Shown: positions 9,717-19,119 of the stretch, one piece after another
Position numbering within the stretch: position 1 is the stretch's first letter
Layout of the letters: each line of letters starts with the position of its first letter
Source: a virus
Lineage: Duplodnaviria > Caudoviricetes
DNA: 32,578 nucleotides
IMG/VR virus record: IMGVR_UViG_3300022178_002814
Span: 1-32,578 of that record
Reading direction: 5' to 3' (one strand)
Position numbers and translations under genes: made by a program
The notes under the pieces: generated by a model
Databases searched by the model: none
Seen by the model: only the letters and a program-made list of their open reading frames with translations
What the model was told of the DNA's origin: nothing

Positions 9717-10001
9717 CTACCATTTTTCGGAATTGGCCCAGTACGCTGCGCTCATTTTACCCTTGGATATATTTTTAGCATGTCTAGCTTTGAATGATTC
9801 TCGTCTAGCTTTGTCCTTACTTGATTCGCCCTCTGTCTTTGGTGAGCCTTTAACACCCTGTTGACCAAATCGAATGGTCTTAATTTGATCGCCATCTTTA
9901 GCCACCACAACATGAGATTTAGTAGGATGTGAGGGAGTACGTTTAGGCTTGTTATAGCCTTCAACCTTCACACGTGCAAGCCTTGGGTCTTTCGTTGCCA
10001 T
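9717..10001 (-). CDS. Small basic conserved phage protein (KTIRFGQQG...ARH...SAAYWA motif)
   Basis: 94 aa, Lys/Arg-rich; a motif I recognise from other tailed phages, function unknown. Confidence 0.75.
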   Translation of the reverse strand: MATKDPRLARVKVEGYNKPKRTPSHPTKSHVVVAKDGDQIKTIRFGQQGVKGSPKTEGESSKDKARRESFKARHAKNISKGKMSAAYWANSEKW

Positions 10002-10020
10002 ACCAAATACCTTTAAGTTG

Positions 10021-10152
10021 TTATAGCAAAATGTAACTGCCGTCTTCTAAAAGTAAGAATGAACCGTCTTGCAGTAACAATGCGCCCAAGACAGGCCCAC
10101 CGTTCACGTTCCAGAACCTACACCGACACCGCATTCTGGTTAATGGATACAT
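10021..10152 (-). CDS. 43-aa virion miniprotein with LLLxDG repeats
   Basis: Not in the track: MYPLTRMRCRCRFWNVNGGPVLGALLLQDGSFLLLEDGSYILL; TAATG coupling to the upstream gene. Confidence 0.7.
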   Translation of the reverse strand: MYPLTRMRCRCRFWNVNGGPVLGALLLQDGSFLLLEDGSYILL

Positions 10153-10454
10153 TAGAAGCCCTCACCAGGCAAGACGTGCAAAGATGTGCCATCGGCTGAG
10201 ATATAAGCAATACGATTGTAGTTACGGTTCTTAGTGATGCTAACTTGTGCGCCACCAGGGATTGGGTAATCAGCCGTACTAGCTGTATCGGTAGAGTCTT
10301 CGCTTAGTTTGATATATACAACAGCTGAACCTAAGTTGGTCAAGCATAGTGTCTGTGATGCAGCGTCAATCGCAGCGTTAGCAGATGTTGCCGTAGCTGT
10401 GAGAACAGCACCGTGACCGTAGCCTGGTGCGAATGGTGAAGTATTAAAAGCCAT
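10152..10454 (-). CDS. Small beta-rich virion protein (decoration-like)
   Basis: Start moved to MAFNTSPF (AAGGA RBS); lies in the structural module. Confidence 0.65.
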   Translation of the reverse strand: MAFNTSPFAPGYGHGAVLTATATSANAAIDAASQTLCLTNLGSAVVYIKLSEDSTDTASTADYPIPGGAQVSITKNRNYNRIAYISADGTSLHVLPGEGF

Positions 10455-10468
10455 GTTATTTCCTTTGA

Positions 10469-10924
10469 TTAACCGACACGATACCAAGAGTTTGTAGCTT
10501 GGTAGAATCGTAGTGTAAAGAATCCACCCGCTAATAGAGTTGTTGGTGCGCCCGATGCGGCACTTGAACCATTCAAACCAATTGTGAGCGCTGTAATTGT
10601 CTGTGTGCTTGTCACTAAAATCTGTGTGCCAGACGGTACGCTAGTATTCAACGGCAAGGTAATCGTGCCTGTGGCTAATGTACTAGCAGGTTGTAACAAC
10701 ATCCATTGCTGTTCACTTGTTGGTGTTGGTACGGTTATGTTAAACCCTGTAGCTGGCGTATAAACGCTAGTGGCAACGGTTGGTGCGGCAAATGTCTGCT
10801 GAAAGTACTGTAGCAATTGCGTGAGCGAGATTTTACGAGCATCACCATTGTTAGGCACATAGATAGGCAGTAAATCACCACCCGACACTTGGCTTACACC
10901 TGCAAGTTGATTGATTGTTGGCAT
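10469..10924 (-). CDS. Thr/Ser-rich virion protein
   Basis: 151 aa beginning MPTINQL, AAGGA RBS, follows the gp4-like gene. Confidence 0.65.
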   Translation of the reverse strand: MPTINQLAGVSQVSGGDLLPIYVPNNGDARKISLTQLLQYFQQTFAAPTVATSVYTPATGFNITVPTPTSEQQWMLLQPASTLATGTITLPLNTSVPSGTQILVTSTQTITALTIGLNGSSAASGAPTTLLAGGFFTLRFYQATNSWYRVG

Positions 10925-10934
10925 ATCTAAATCC

Positions 10935-11420
10935 TTAATTAAATTCTATTTGACCATCTTGACCCGCTAACAATGGGTCAACAGGTCTAGCTAAAAATGG
11001 GTTGTCGTAATCACGCCACGGTTTATTACCCGCACCCGCTGGCATCGTCATGGGCAACTGTTGCTCCATAGGCATAGCCGCAAGTGACAGTAATGTATTG
11101 TATGACTCTTTCGCTGTAATCTTAGTCTCAATCATAACTTGCTTACCGTAACTTGGTGCAAGTTTTACAGCTAGATTGGTATATATTGCTTCGATAGATG
11201 AATCAGGAACATTGGTTTGCTCATCTAAATCGCTATCCTGTGGGCTTGATGGTAATGGGTAACCTAATCGTATGCCTAGAGCATTCCAAGCCGCTACGAG
11301 CGTGTCTAAGCGTCTTAAAGCAGACTGTAGCTGTTCAGGTGTTAAGTCGAATACATAAGAGGCTAAACCAATCTCATCGAAAGCCGCTTCTACGAACTGT
11401 CTTTTAGTCCACGACATCAT
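10935..11420 (-). CDS. Head-tail adaptor (P22 gp4-like)
   Basis: WTKRQFVEAAFDEIG...ALRRLD...GIRLGY...NLAVKLAPSYG...MPAGAGN, the gp4 family pattern. Confidence 0.9.
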   Translation of the reverse strand: MMSWTKRQFVEAAFDEIGLASYVFDLTPEQLQSALRRLDTLVAAWNALGIRLGYPLPSSPQDSDLDEQTNVPDSSIEAIYTNLAVKLAPSYGKQVMIETKITAKESYNTLLSLAAMPMEQQLPMTMPAGAGNKPWRDYDNPFLARPVDPLLAGQDGQIEFN

Positions 11421-11682
11421 TAGCCCCTAATGTATGCTCAATCTTGTCTAGCAACCGTTTATCAGTTGTCCGACCATCAAACTTAATGCCTAGCTCAGTC
11501 GCTTTTATCTCTAGCTCTGTGCGTGTTGGTGCTGAATTATCTTCTACTGCGACAACATCTTTTGCCAATGCTTGCTCTCTAAGCAGACGATGATTGATAC
11601 CGTCAATAGGCTTAGATGGTTTACGCTTCTTGACTGGCTTCTTGCCTTTCATGTACTTTGGCATAAGAATGTTCTTGTCCAT
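11404..11682 (-). CDS. Small protein with C-terminal HeH/LEM-like motif
   Basis: PTRTELEIKATELGIKFDGRTTDKRLLDKI; basic N-terminus. Confidence 0.65.
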   Translation of the reverse strand: MDKNILMPKYMKGKKPVKKRKPSKPIDGINHRLLREQALAKDVVAVEDNSAPTRTELEIKATELGIKFDGRTTDKRLLDKIEHTLGANDVVD

Positions 11683-11840
11683 TATTTTGCCTTCTTCATG
11701 GGCTTGGCTGTCTTCGCTGCTTGCTTAAACGCTTTAGCTGTCGGTGCACCTTTTGCGCCTACTTTACGCATCTTCTCACCCGAACCTGCTTCAATGCGCT
11801 TTTTCTTGGCTGCGATGTTTGCATATAATCCAGTCTTCAT
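11682..11840 (-). CDS. 52-aa Lys/Ala-rich basic protein
   Basis: Not in the track: MKTGLYANIAAKKKRIEAGSGEKMRKVGAKGAPTAKAFKQAAKTAKPMKKAK; overlaps both neighbours (ATGA, TAATG). Confidence 0.8.
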   Translation of the reverse strand: MKTGLYANIAAKKKRIEAGSGEKMRKVGAKGAPTAKAFKQAAKTAKPMKKAK

Positions 11841-12007
11841 TTCTTTGCCTTTTTAGGTGCTTTACTAGGTTTGCCTGCTTTATCTGCCGCCTTTTTCGCA
11901 ACATTCAACGCAATAGCAATTGCTTGCTTTCGTGGCTTGCCTGACTTCTCTTCCATCTTAATGTTTTTACCGATGGACTTGCTAGAGTAACCTTTTGACA
12001 ATGGCAT
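11837..12007 (-). CDS. 56-aa Lys-rich basic protein
   Basis: Start moved to MPLSKGYSSKSIGKNI (AGGA RBS); GKPRKQAIAIA motif. Confidence 0.75.
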   Translation of the reverse strand: MPLSKGYSSKSIGKNIKMEEKSGKPRKQAIAIALNVAKKAADKAGKPSKAPKKAKK

Positions 12008-12020
12008 TTTAGTATCCTGT

Positions 12021-12044
12021 AAATGGGGAGGCATTCGCCCCCCC
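12021..12044 (-). terminator. GC-rich hairpin after the coat gene (weak U-tail; partial terminator or stabiliser)
   Basis: GGGGGGGC-GAAT-GCCTCCCC followed by ATTT. Confidence 0.55.
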
Positions 12045-12053
12045 AAACCTTGC

Positions 12054-13337
12054 TTACTGGTTAAACAACAAGATACCTGACATTTCAGGATTCTTGTTCA
12101 CAACACCGAACAGCGTGTCAAGACGATACTTGATGGTCATGCTGTCAATGTCATAGAACTTCTGCATAACCAACTCGATGCCTTGGTCAGTACTTGCTCG
12201 CATAACGGCAACACCAGCGTCAGCGGGTACAGCGTAGCGACCAGGTAACATCTCAAGCGAATCACGTTGCCAGAAGACGTTAACTTGTGAAGCGTTAACG
12301 TTCAAGAAAGTGATTGCGGCAGCGTCAGCGGCAATAGCAACATCAACGTTCTTATACTGCAACTCAGCATCGGTAGGTGTACCTTGTGCACCGATGATAG
12401 GTGGAGTAATAGTCATTGTTGTGCCTGAATCAACTGATACGACACGGAATGTCTTAAGCTGACCTGTGCTTTGCTTGGTGATGTGATGAACAGCGTACAC
12501 TTCAGCAATCGTGAAAGCATCACCTGCGGCAACGCTTGCAGTTGAAGAAACGGTAACTGTTTGGAAACGGTTATCAACGTTGATTTGACCACCGACAGAA
12601 GTCGATGTAGCTTGTGGCACAAAACTAGCTTGAGTACCTGCACCATTGGTGTCGATAGTAATGCTACCACCACCAGCCGCAGCGGTAAGACGGTTTGCAT
12701 AATCAAACTTGTATGTGTCAAAACCTGCAACCATACCAACAAAGTTACGCTCGTAAGCACGTTCTGATTTCTGGTTACCGAATGAACGACTTGCTTGTGA
12801 CAAGTTGCCAGCCAAACCGTTATAGTCACGGCTAGACAGACCTAAGAAACGGTCATAGTCAGGAACGCCTTGCTCATTCATAATGGCATCGCAAAGTGCA
12901 ACATCATCGTAGTCGCCAGCGGCTGCGGCAATAGGCACGACCAAAGAACCCAAGCCAGCGGCAGCGTTCATGATTGCGATATTGATGTCAGATGCAAGTT
13001 TCTGCTTTGCGCTGTCACCTAAACGATTCTCTTGTAATGCGTCACGCAATTCAAGTGTAGTCATTTCCCAAGGCACGGTCTTGCTGAAACCTAAAGTGGC
13101 AGGAACGGCTAACTGAGTCATACCTTGGTAAGAGCCAGCGATTGATGAGCCTGGGGTGCTAGTGATTGACTGAGCGATGTAAGGCTGTGGGCGCCAGATG
13201 GTGTTATTTGAACGCTCCATCATTGTTGAATCTGTATTGTAAACAGAGACGTGACGTGACAAGACTAAAGCGTCTTGGAAACCTTCAAGTAAGTCTTCGA
13301 ACGCTACACGTTCTTCTTTTGAGAAACTATTAGCCAT
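12054..13337 (-). CDS. Major capsid protein (P22 gp5 coat family)
   Basis: 427 aa, MANSFSKEERVAFE...IWRPQPY...YRLDTLFGV; follows the scaffold gene. Confidence 0.95.
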   Translation of the reverse strand: MANSFSKEERVAFEDLLEGFQDALVLSRHVSVYNTDSTMMERSNNTIWRPQPYIAQSITSTPGSSIAGSYQGMTQLAVPATLGFSKTVPWEMTTLELRDALQENRLGDSAKQKLASDINIAIMNAAAGLGSLVVPIAAAAGDYDDVALCDAIMNEQGVPDYDRFLGLSSRDYNGLAGNLSQASRSFGNQKSERAYERNFVGMVAGFDTYKFDYANRLTAAAGGGSITIDTNGAGTQASFVPQATSTSVGGQINVDNRFQTVTVSSTASVAAGDAFTIAEVYAVHHITKQSTGQLKTFRVVSVDSGTTMTITPPIIGAQGTPTDAELQYKNVDVAIAADAAAITFLNVNASQVNVFWQRDSLEMLPGRYAVPADAGVAVMRASTDQGIELVMQKFYDIDSMTIKYRLDTLFGVVNKNPEMSGILLFNQ

Positions 13338-13355
13338 GATTTAATACTCCAAAAA

Positions 13356-14213
13356 TTATTTTGAAGCCGCTCGTTTCTGCGCTTTGTACTGTATAACTTT
13401 CGTCATATTGCCAGTACGAGACGCTTCTTCTCGCAGCCGTTCTAAGGTTGAGTCCACCGCACCTGAGACTCTGCCAGTTCCTGACACGATTCTTTCGGGT
13501 GGTGGGGCTGCCTTACGGTTCGTTACTTTCAATTCCTTCTCCAGTTTCGCAACCGCAAAAGCAAACTTTACGGGGTCTTTAATTTCGGACAACTCTCGAG
13601 CCTTCTTTGGATTCTTACCGAGTGCGTAAATTACGACAGCAGGATTATCTGCACCCTGCAACACCACGCCTTGCTGAACAACGCTAAAGAGTTCCTGAGC
13701 AACTGCCTCAGCATCTTCAAAGTCTTTGACCCTAAGCTCAGCTCTCGCCTTACCGTAGCCGTCCAGTTTAGATTGCCATGCCTTCTGCTGATTCATAACT
13801 TCAGCTTCTTGCTTTGCTTTCTCATCATCGGCTTGCCGTTTCTGGTCAAACCAATTAGCTAGTGCTTGCTCAAATCTATCAGCATCATAATCGTGATCTT
13901 CTAAGGTTGGCTTCTTACCTAACACGATTGGCTTGTTCTCAACCTGTGTAGTTTGTAACCTACCTTGTAGCTCTCGATTCTGCCGCTGTAGTTCTCTATT
14001 TGTCTTACGCAACTCTCGTACCCATTCAGGTGCTTGAGTGTGTTCCTCTTGAGGTGGCGAATCCTCACCTATAGAAACGACTACTTCATCATCATCGGAC
14101 TCTTGATTTTCACCCTCGTTGTCTACGCTTTCGTCTGCATCAACAACTTCAAGGTTTTCATCTTGGTCTTCAATTGACTCGTTATCATTCTCCAATTCTG
14201 CCTGATCATTCAT
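13356..14213 (-). CDS. Scaffolding protein
   Basis: Acidic N-terminus, coiled coil, directly upstream of the coat gene. Confidence 0.85.
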   Translation of the reverse strand: MNDQAELENDNESIEDQDENLEVVDADESVDNEGENQESDDDEVVVSIGEDSPPQEEHTQAPEWVRELRKTNRELQRQNRELQGRLQTTQVENKPIVLGKKPTLEDHDYDADRFEQALANWFDQKRQADDEKAKQEAEVMNQQKAWQSKLDGYGKARAELRVKDFEDAEAVAQELFSVVQQGVVLQGADNPAVVIYALGKNPKKARELSEIKDPVKFAFAVAKLEKELKVTNRKAAPPPERIVSGTGRVSGAVDSTLERLREEASRTGNMTKVIQYKAQKRAASK

Positions 14214-14231
14214 TTAAAACCCCTTCAAACT

Positions 14232-14295
14232 CAGTCATTAAACGGCTGACTGGATACCGATACTTTTATTTTAACGCTATTTGTTAATCTAGCAA
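14232..14295 (-). promoter_or_regulatory. Promoter TTGCTA-N16-TAAAAT plus leader hairpin CAGTCA-N9-TGACTG before the scaffold RBS
   Basis: -35 at 14295-14290, -10 at 14273-14268, hairpin at 14232-14252. Confidence 0.5.
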
Positions 14296-14303
14296 GTGTT
14301 GCA

Positions 14304-15482
14304 TCATTCTGTTACAGGCATATCGTTCTTTTCTAGTATCTTTAGCGTTTTAGGGTCGAATACTACAAAGTTGCTAGTGCCTTTACCAGCAGCACGACTT
14401 CCTTCATCTAAATAACGTATGCCTGGAATACCTTTACTGTTTAAATATTCTGAAGCAAGTTTGTATGCTTCTGCTTGTCCTACATCAAAAGTTGAAGCAA
14501 TTGCTTGATACGCCTGTTCACCAGTCAATTTGTCTAACGATTTTCCATTCGCTAAATCTGCAAGAATGGCTGGTTCATTTTTTAATATATCTAAAATTGC
14601 TTTGTTTTGCTGTGCAATTGGTTTGTCCCAATCTAACATCTTAGGAATTTGTTCATCTGGTATATCTACTTTGTAAAGATTTCCTTTATTTTCTAAAGGT
14701 TTAGCATATTCACCAGACTCAATATATTTTAATGTTTTTTCTAATAAAGATTTTTGTGGGCTATCAGGATTTGACTCAAGAACAAATTTAATGTCATCAG
14801 CAGCATATTTCGGGTCACCAGAAAGATTTACAAGACGCTGTGCATTAGCATGTGCGTTTAATCTTCCTTGATTTGCAACATCTCTGTTTGCTAATAATTT
14901 TGCGTATTGTTCGCCAGTTGCTTTAGCTTCACCAAAATATATTCCATGCCCGTATACTTGTGCGCCTTCACCTGTTCCAACTTTACTTAAATCAAATCCA
15001 CCTTTAATATCATACGGTGTGCCGTGATAAGCGTTCATAGCTAAATCAAACCCGCCTTGACCTGTAGGTGCTTTCATACCCCTAGAGATAGCCAAGCCAC
15101 TACCGCCTACGCTCATAGCCATGTTAGCGGCTTCTTCACCAGCGTTAAACGTTGGGTCAGTCATAGACCGAGCAGGTGCGGTAAATGCGTTCATGAGTTC
15201 TGCAAGAATGCCAGGGACTGCCAACTCACGCTTATTAAATACAGAGCCTTCCATAGTATCTCTGAATGGCAAGAACGTAGCCCTGCCTTCCATTGGCAAC
15301 CGTTTCTCATAAAACGCAGGTTCTATGTCTGAGTACGACATTACCTGTGGTTGTTGCATAGAGGCAGGAGTCGGCACAGCAGAGACAAACTGTTGAGTAG
15401 GATTCTGCGCTCCTGACATACCATTTGCAAGTTGTGCCTCTAGTATTTGATACGCAAAATCCTTAACCCGTTGGTCAGCCAC
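14304..15482 (-). CDS. Protein with C-terminal ADP-ribosyltransferase-like domain (ART-PolyVal type)
   Basis: AYHGT...FDLSKVGTGEGAQVYGHGIYF...GNLYKVDI...GIPGIRYLD...SNFVVFD; lies between portal and scaffold. Confidence 0.7.
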   Translation of the reverse strand: MADQRVKDFAYQILEAQLANGMSGAQNPTQQFVSAVPTPASMQQPQVMSYSDIEPAFYEKRLPMEGRATFLPFRDTMEGSVFNKRELAVPGILAELMNAFTAPARSMTDPTFNAGEEAANMAMSVGGSGLAISRGMKAPTGQGGFDLAMNAYHGTPYDIKGGFDLSKVGTGEGAQVYGHGIYFGEAKATGEQYAKLLANRDVANQGRLNAHANAQRLVNLSGDPKYAADDIKFVLESNPDSPQKSLLEKTLKYIESGEYAKPLENKGNLYKVDIPDEQIPKMLDWDKPIAQQNKAILDILKNEPAILADLANGKSLDKLTGEQAYQAIASTFDVGQAEAYKLASEYLNSKGIPGIRYLDEGSRAAGKGTSNFVVFDPKTLKILEKNDMPVTE

Positions 15483-17508
15483 GTACCATCTCCTGAATCG
15501 ATTTAACAGACTCTAATGCTAAACGTTGGTCTTCGTTATCAATATTGGATAAGGTTTCCGCAGTCTTAGCACGTTTGTACTCTGCCTCAGCAATTGTTTC
15601 TACTGTATCGGCACGAGCCTTAGCTGCCTTGGCTGTGGCTTCCTCAGCTGCGGCTTGTAAGAATATGGCATTCGGGTCTTGAGGCTGACCTTGCATCTCT
15701 GCCATCAACTCTTCACGCTCTGCATCTGTTGGCTCAACCACGCCCATACGCACCAGTTTCTTGCGGAAATAAGCATTCGTGTCCGCCAAACCTTCGCCTT
15801 CCATGTTCATCATTGCCATGGCTGTCAACACCTGTGCTGTCTCAGGGTCTTGGGTAATCTGCAACATACCTGTCAATGCACGGACAACGGCTGACTTCTT
15901 GCTACTGCTTGATGGCCCAACATCTACGTTGACATCAAACGAGGCACTTGTCATATCGTTCTCTATGACCATAGCACCTGACTTATCCAATGCAGGTCGC
16001 ATGAGTTCAACAAAGCCAACGTCACCCGTACGGTCAACGGTCTTCATCTTACGCATGTCTTCGGTGTAGATGTCCTTAGCCATAGATAGCCAAATCTCAC
16101 CGCAACGCTTCATGCCTTTAGCAAAGTTGCTCATGTAGATAAACGACTGCATATCAACACGCTGTTGAATCATCTCGACTGCTTTGCCTGAGATGTTGCT
16201 TGCAATCTGTTCAGCACCTGATTGATTGCCGAGAATGTCTTGCATATCGGATTCGGTAATCTGCAACAACGCTGCCATGGCAGGTGGTATTTGTGCCGAG
16301 CGTGTGTATGCGACTGGGCCTGTCGCCTGTTGGCTACCATCAGCACCTGTTATCGGGTTTACCAGTAGATACGGGTAATCCTTAAGGTTATCCTCTGACC
16401 ACATAACTTGATGCCCTGCGACCTGTTCAGGCAACAGGATTGGTTTCTCAACGCTAGACAATGCGCTAATCTCACCCAACTTTGACAGTTGCATGTTCTT
16501 TAGGCGTTGAGCGTCTTTAGCCAGTCTCACATGACCCATACAGCGTTCAATGTTATCCACAAACCAACGCTTCCCATAGACAGGCACGATTGGAATGCAC
16601 TTACCTGCAAGGTAACCCGCATCTTCCAACACCTTGCCACCTGACATAATGTACTTGCGTACTTTCTTGCGCTTGACCCGTTTCTGACGTACCTCAACGC
16701 TACCGACAGCCATTAGAGTTTCCTCTAGTGTCTCGTCATTAGCAAAGTCATCTTGTGTGTAGCGTTCCTCTGTGCCATCAATAGCACGGAATATACGGAT
16801 TGTTTCGGTCTTCTCTTCTACCTTGTAATACTCGGCAACGTAGACAACATCAGGTGTGCACCAATCGAATTCATATTGGTGAACTATCTTGGGCCAATCC
16901 GATGGGCTTTCACCCCAAGCATCTTTGTACGCTTGCCGTGTCATGCTTGTGACTACAAAGCAATATTTAGCATCTGACTTGTCTTGACGCTTAGATTGCA
17001 AGTCAAAGAAAACCGAGCTATCGGCATCAAATATTGGTTCTATATGGATACGTTGACGGTCATCTTCGTCATTCTCTTCGTCTTCATAGACGGTACGCAA
17101 TCGCCATGCACCAAAGCCACCACCGACAGCCTCTTCAAATGCATTGTCATAGGCTTCATCTGCTACTGACTTCTCTTCGTCTGCACGATAAAGACCATCA
17201 CAGACTTCAGCCATTTTGTCGTTTTCTTGCCCATCTTTGCTTACAAAGTCAACGGTGATTCGGTTATTGCGGTACTCATTGATTACCCGCATAACGGACA
17301 GCATAATCTTGTTTACTTCAAACTTGGGCTTGTTCTCGTACTGATCGAGTAATGGGCCTTCCCATTGTGCGCCTGAGATTGAGTAGAACCGTCTATCTTG
17401 CAAGCATTGCAGACGTTCATCTCGCAGAGCAGTTTGCACGTCATCAAACTGCGTGAGTGCCTCAGCGTGAATGTTCGCTAATCGCTGGTCGTTTGACAAT
17501 CGTGCCAT
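15475..17508 (-). CDS. Portal protein (P22 gp1-like)
   Basis: 677 aa; GAQW, GGFGAWRL, IPIVPVYG, AKDAQRLKN and SGKAV motifs. Confidence 0.95.
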   Translation of the reverse strand: MARLSNDQRLANIHAEALTQFDDVQTALRDERLQCLQDRRFYSISGAQWEGPLLDQYENKPKFEVNKIMLSVMRVINEYRNNRITVDFVSKDGQENDKMAEVCDGLYRADEEKSVADEAYDNAFEEAVGGGFGAWRLRTVYEDEENDEDDRQRIHIEPIFDADSSVFFDLQSKRQDKSDAKYCFVVTSMTRQAYKDAWGESPSDWPKIVHQYEFDWCTPDVVYVAEYYKVEEKTETIRIFRAIDGTEERYTQDDFANDETLEETLMAVGSVEVRQKRVKRKKVRKYIMSGGKVLEDAGYLAGKCIPIVPVYGKRWFVDNIERCMGHVRLAKDAQRLKNMQLSKLGEISALSSVEKPILLPEQVAGHQVMWSEDNLKDYPYLLVNPITGADGSQQATGPVAYTRSAQIPPAMAALLQITESDMQDILGNQSGAEQIASNISGKAVEMIQQRVDMQSFIYMSNFAKGMKRCGEIWLSMAKDIYTEDMRKMKTVDRTGDVGFVELMRPALDKSGAMVIENDMTSASFDVNVDVGPSSSSKKSAVVRALTGMLQITQDPETAQVLTAMAMMNMEGEGLADTNAYFRKKLVRMGVVEPTDAEREELMAEMQGQPQDPNAIFLQAAAEEATAKAAKARADTVETIAEAEYKRAKTAETLSNIDNEDQRLALESVKSIQEMVRG

Positions 17509-17534
17509 AATAAATCCTTATTTTCGTTATGATA

Positions 17535-18746
17535 CTACCAACGGTGCGCTACTGGCAATGGTGTAAATGTTTGAGGTTTGCTGACCTTTGCACGTCTAAC
17601 ACCTTCGAGAGCGTACCTTAACGCATCAATCAAATGGTTTTTCTTATCCTCTAGTATAGGCAATATGTTACCAGTAAGCGAGTCTTGCTTATAACTGTAA
17701 AGTGTTAATTCGTCAATAGTGTGCAAACAACGTGGGTGGACAATGATGTCATAGCTCTTTATGAACTCTACACCTTCCTCTACAGACTTAGCACCTTTTA
17801 CCGCTTTCATTATCTTTGGGAAGCCATTGTTACGCATATAGCTAATGGTCTCAGGTCTAGCAGAGTCAGCCACAATCACCCACTTCTCAGCCTCGGGTAC
17901 GGTCATAAACAACTCAGGTGTGTTGACAATCTCACAGCCCACCATATACGCTTCGTAGTCAATGTATAGATTCCTACCGATAATGTGGCATCTAATCAAC
18001 GTTGTGGGGTCAACAGCAAAGCCCCAGTCAGCACCGAGCCTATGTACAGCGTCTTCAGGTGCGTCAAACTCTTCGACACGCCAGTTCTTAAAGACTCGTG
18101 TCTCTGCATTGGCAAGATACTGACCTTCCCAAACGTGGTTGTACTTGTCTATGTCTCGTGACTTGTCGTACTCAAGTTCTTTTCTAAGTGTCTTTGGAAA
18201 CCATGGGTTTTCTTGCCAATTAACGTGAAGCAATTGACTATCAGGTGGCAAGATGGATTGCTTAAACATCGAGTCAACAGGGTCTGTGTCTTGGTTTGGA
18301 TTCCATGTAAAGATGATTTGTGAGTTCTCTTTTCGAATGGTCGGTATGAGAATATCTAAGCTCTTTTGGCTAACCGTCTGAGCCTCTTCTACCCAACAGA
18401 TGTCTATGCCTTCCATTGACTTGACTGACTCAGGGTTACTTCTCAGTCCTGCAAACAAGAACAAAGAACCGTTCTTACCCCTAATCTCTGTGTCTGTAAT
18501 ATCGTAGAAACCCTCAAGGTTTACCTTCTTAATCTTGTCATCAAGTAACCGTTTTACAGAATCCTTGATGCTTTTCTGTATCTCACGACTGCAAAGTATT
18601 CGGAGTGGCTTGGACGCTGCTCGAATGATAAGTGACTCAGCGACAGAATGGCTCTTACCTGAACCACGACCACCTTTGATCGCAATGTAGCGTAGCTTAT
18701 CGTTAAACAATACCTCAGACCAGTTAGGTAGACTTGTCTCGGTCAC
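17535..18746 (-). CDS. terL: Terminase large subunit (PBSX/Terminase_3 family)
   Basis: Walker A GGRGSGKS, Walker B WVEEA, TWNP, DWG and NHLIDALRYA. Confidence 0.97.
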   Translation of the reverse strand: MTETSLPNWSEVLFNDKLRYIAIKGGRGSGKSHSVAESLIIRAASKPLRILCSREIQKSIKDSVKRLLDDKIKKVNLEGFYDITDTEIRGKNGSLFLFAGLRSNPESVKSMEGIDICWVEEAQTVSQKSLDILIPTIRKENSQIIFTWNPNQDTDPVDSMFKQSILPPDSQLLHVNWQENPWFPKTLRKELEYDKSRDIDKYNHVWEGQYLANAETRVFKNWRVEEFDAPEDAVHRLGADWGFAVDPTTLIRCHIIGRNLYIDYEAYMVGCEIVNTPELFMTVPEAEKWVIVADSARPETISYMRNNGFPKIMKAVKGAKSVEEGVEFIKSYDIIVHPRCLHTIDELTLYSYKQDSLTGNILPILEDKKNHLIDALRYALEGVRRAKVSKPQTFTPLPVAHRW

Positions 18747-19084
18747 GGTTTAACAAAGTTCACTTTGATGTTCAAGTCTATCGGCTGACCATCTACACCA
18801 CTATGCTCGACTTTTTGTGTCTCAGCCCAACCTGCACGAGTCTTAAGCCAAAAAATCATAGCCTGAGTGTTACCTTCACGAGCTTGGTTGTACAAAGACC
18901 GACCTATGTCAGCATTAGCATCGACTCTGCCATCATCTAATTCTTTCTTGTAATACTTGACCAAAGTGTCAGAGCTTATTTGTAGCTTCGCTGCGATGTC
19001 CTCATAGCGAATGCCTACACTTGCGAGGTCTGTAACAAGCCTTCTGCTCTCATCGGTTGGTTCGTATTTTATCCCTTGAGCCAT
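18743..19084 (-). CDS. terS: Terminase small subunit
   Basis: N-terminal HTH and GNTQAMIFWLKTRAGW motif; overlaps terL. Confidence 0.85.
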   Translation of the reverse strand: MAQGIKYEPTDESRRLVTDLASVGIRYEDIAAKLQISSDTLVKYYKKELDDGRVDANADIGRSLYNQAREGNTQAMIFWLKTRAGWAETQKVEHSGVDGQPIDLNIKVNFVKP

Positions 19085-19097
19085 GATAACTCCGAAA

Positions 19098-19119
19098 GGG
19101 AATGAGAATAATTATCGTT
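19098..19119. promoter_or_regulatory. Fur-box-like operator upstream of terS
   Basis: GGGAATGAGAATAATTATC matches the E. coli consensus GATAATGATAATCATTATC at 15/19; 7-1-7 core TGAGAAT-A-ATTATCG. Confidence 0.55.

Noticed and set aside
537-18940. Numerous short plus-strand ORFs in the structural region (e.g. 537-752, 1286-1573, 11572-11856, 15779-16069)
   Set aside because: They are antisense shadows of well-supported minus-strand genes, with no motifs.
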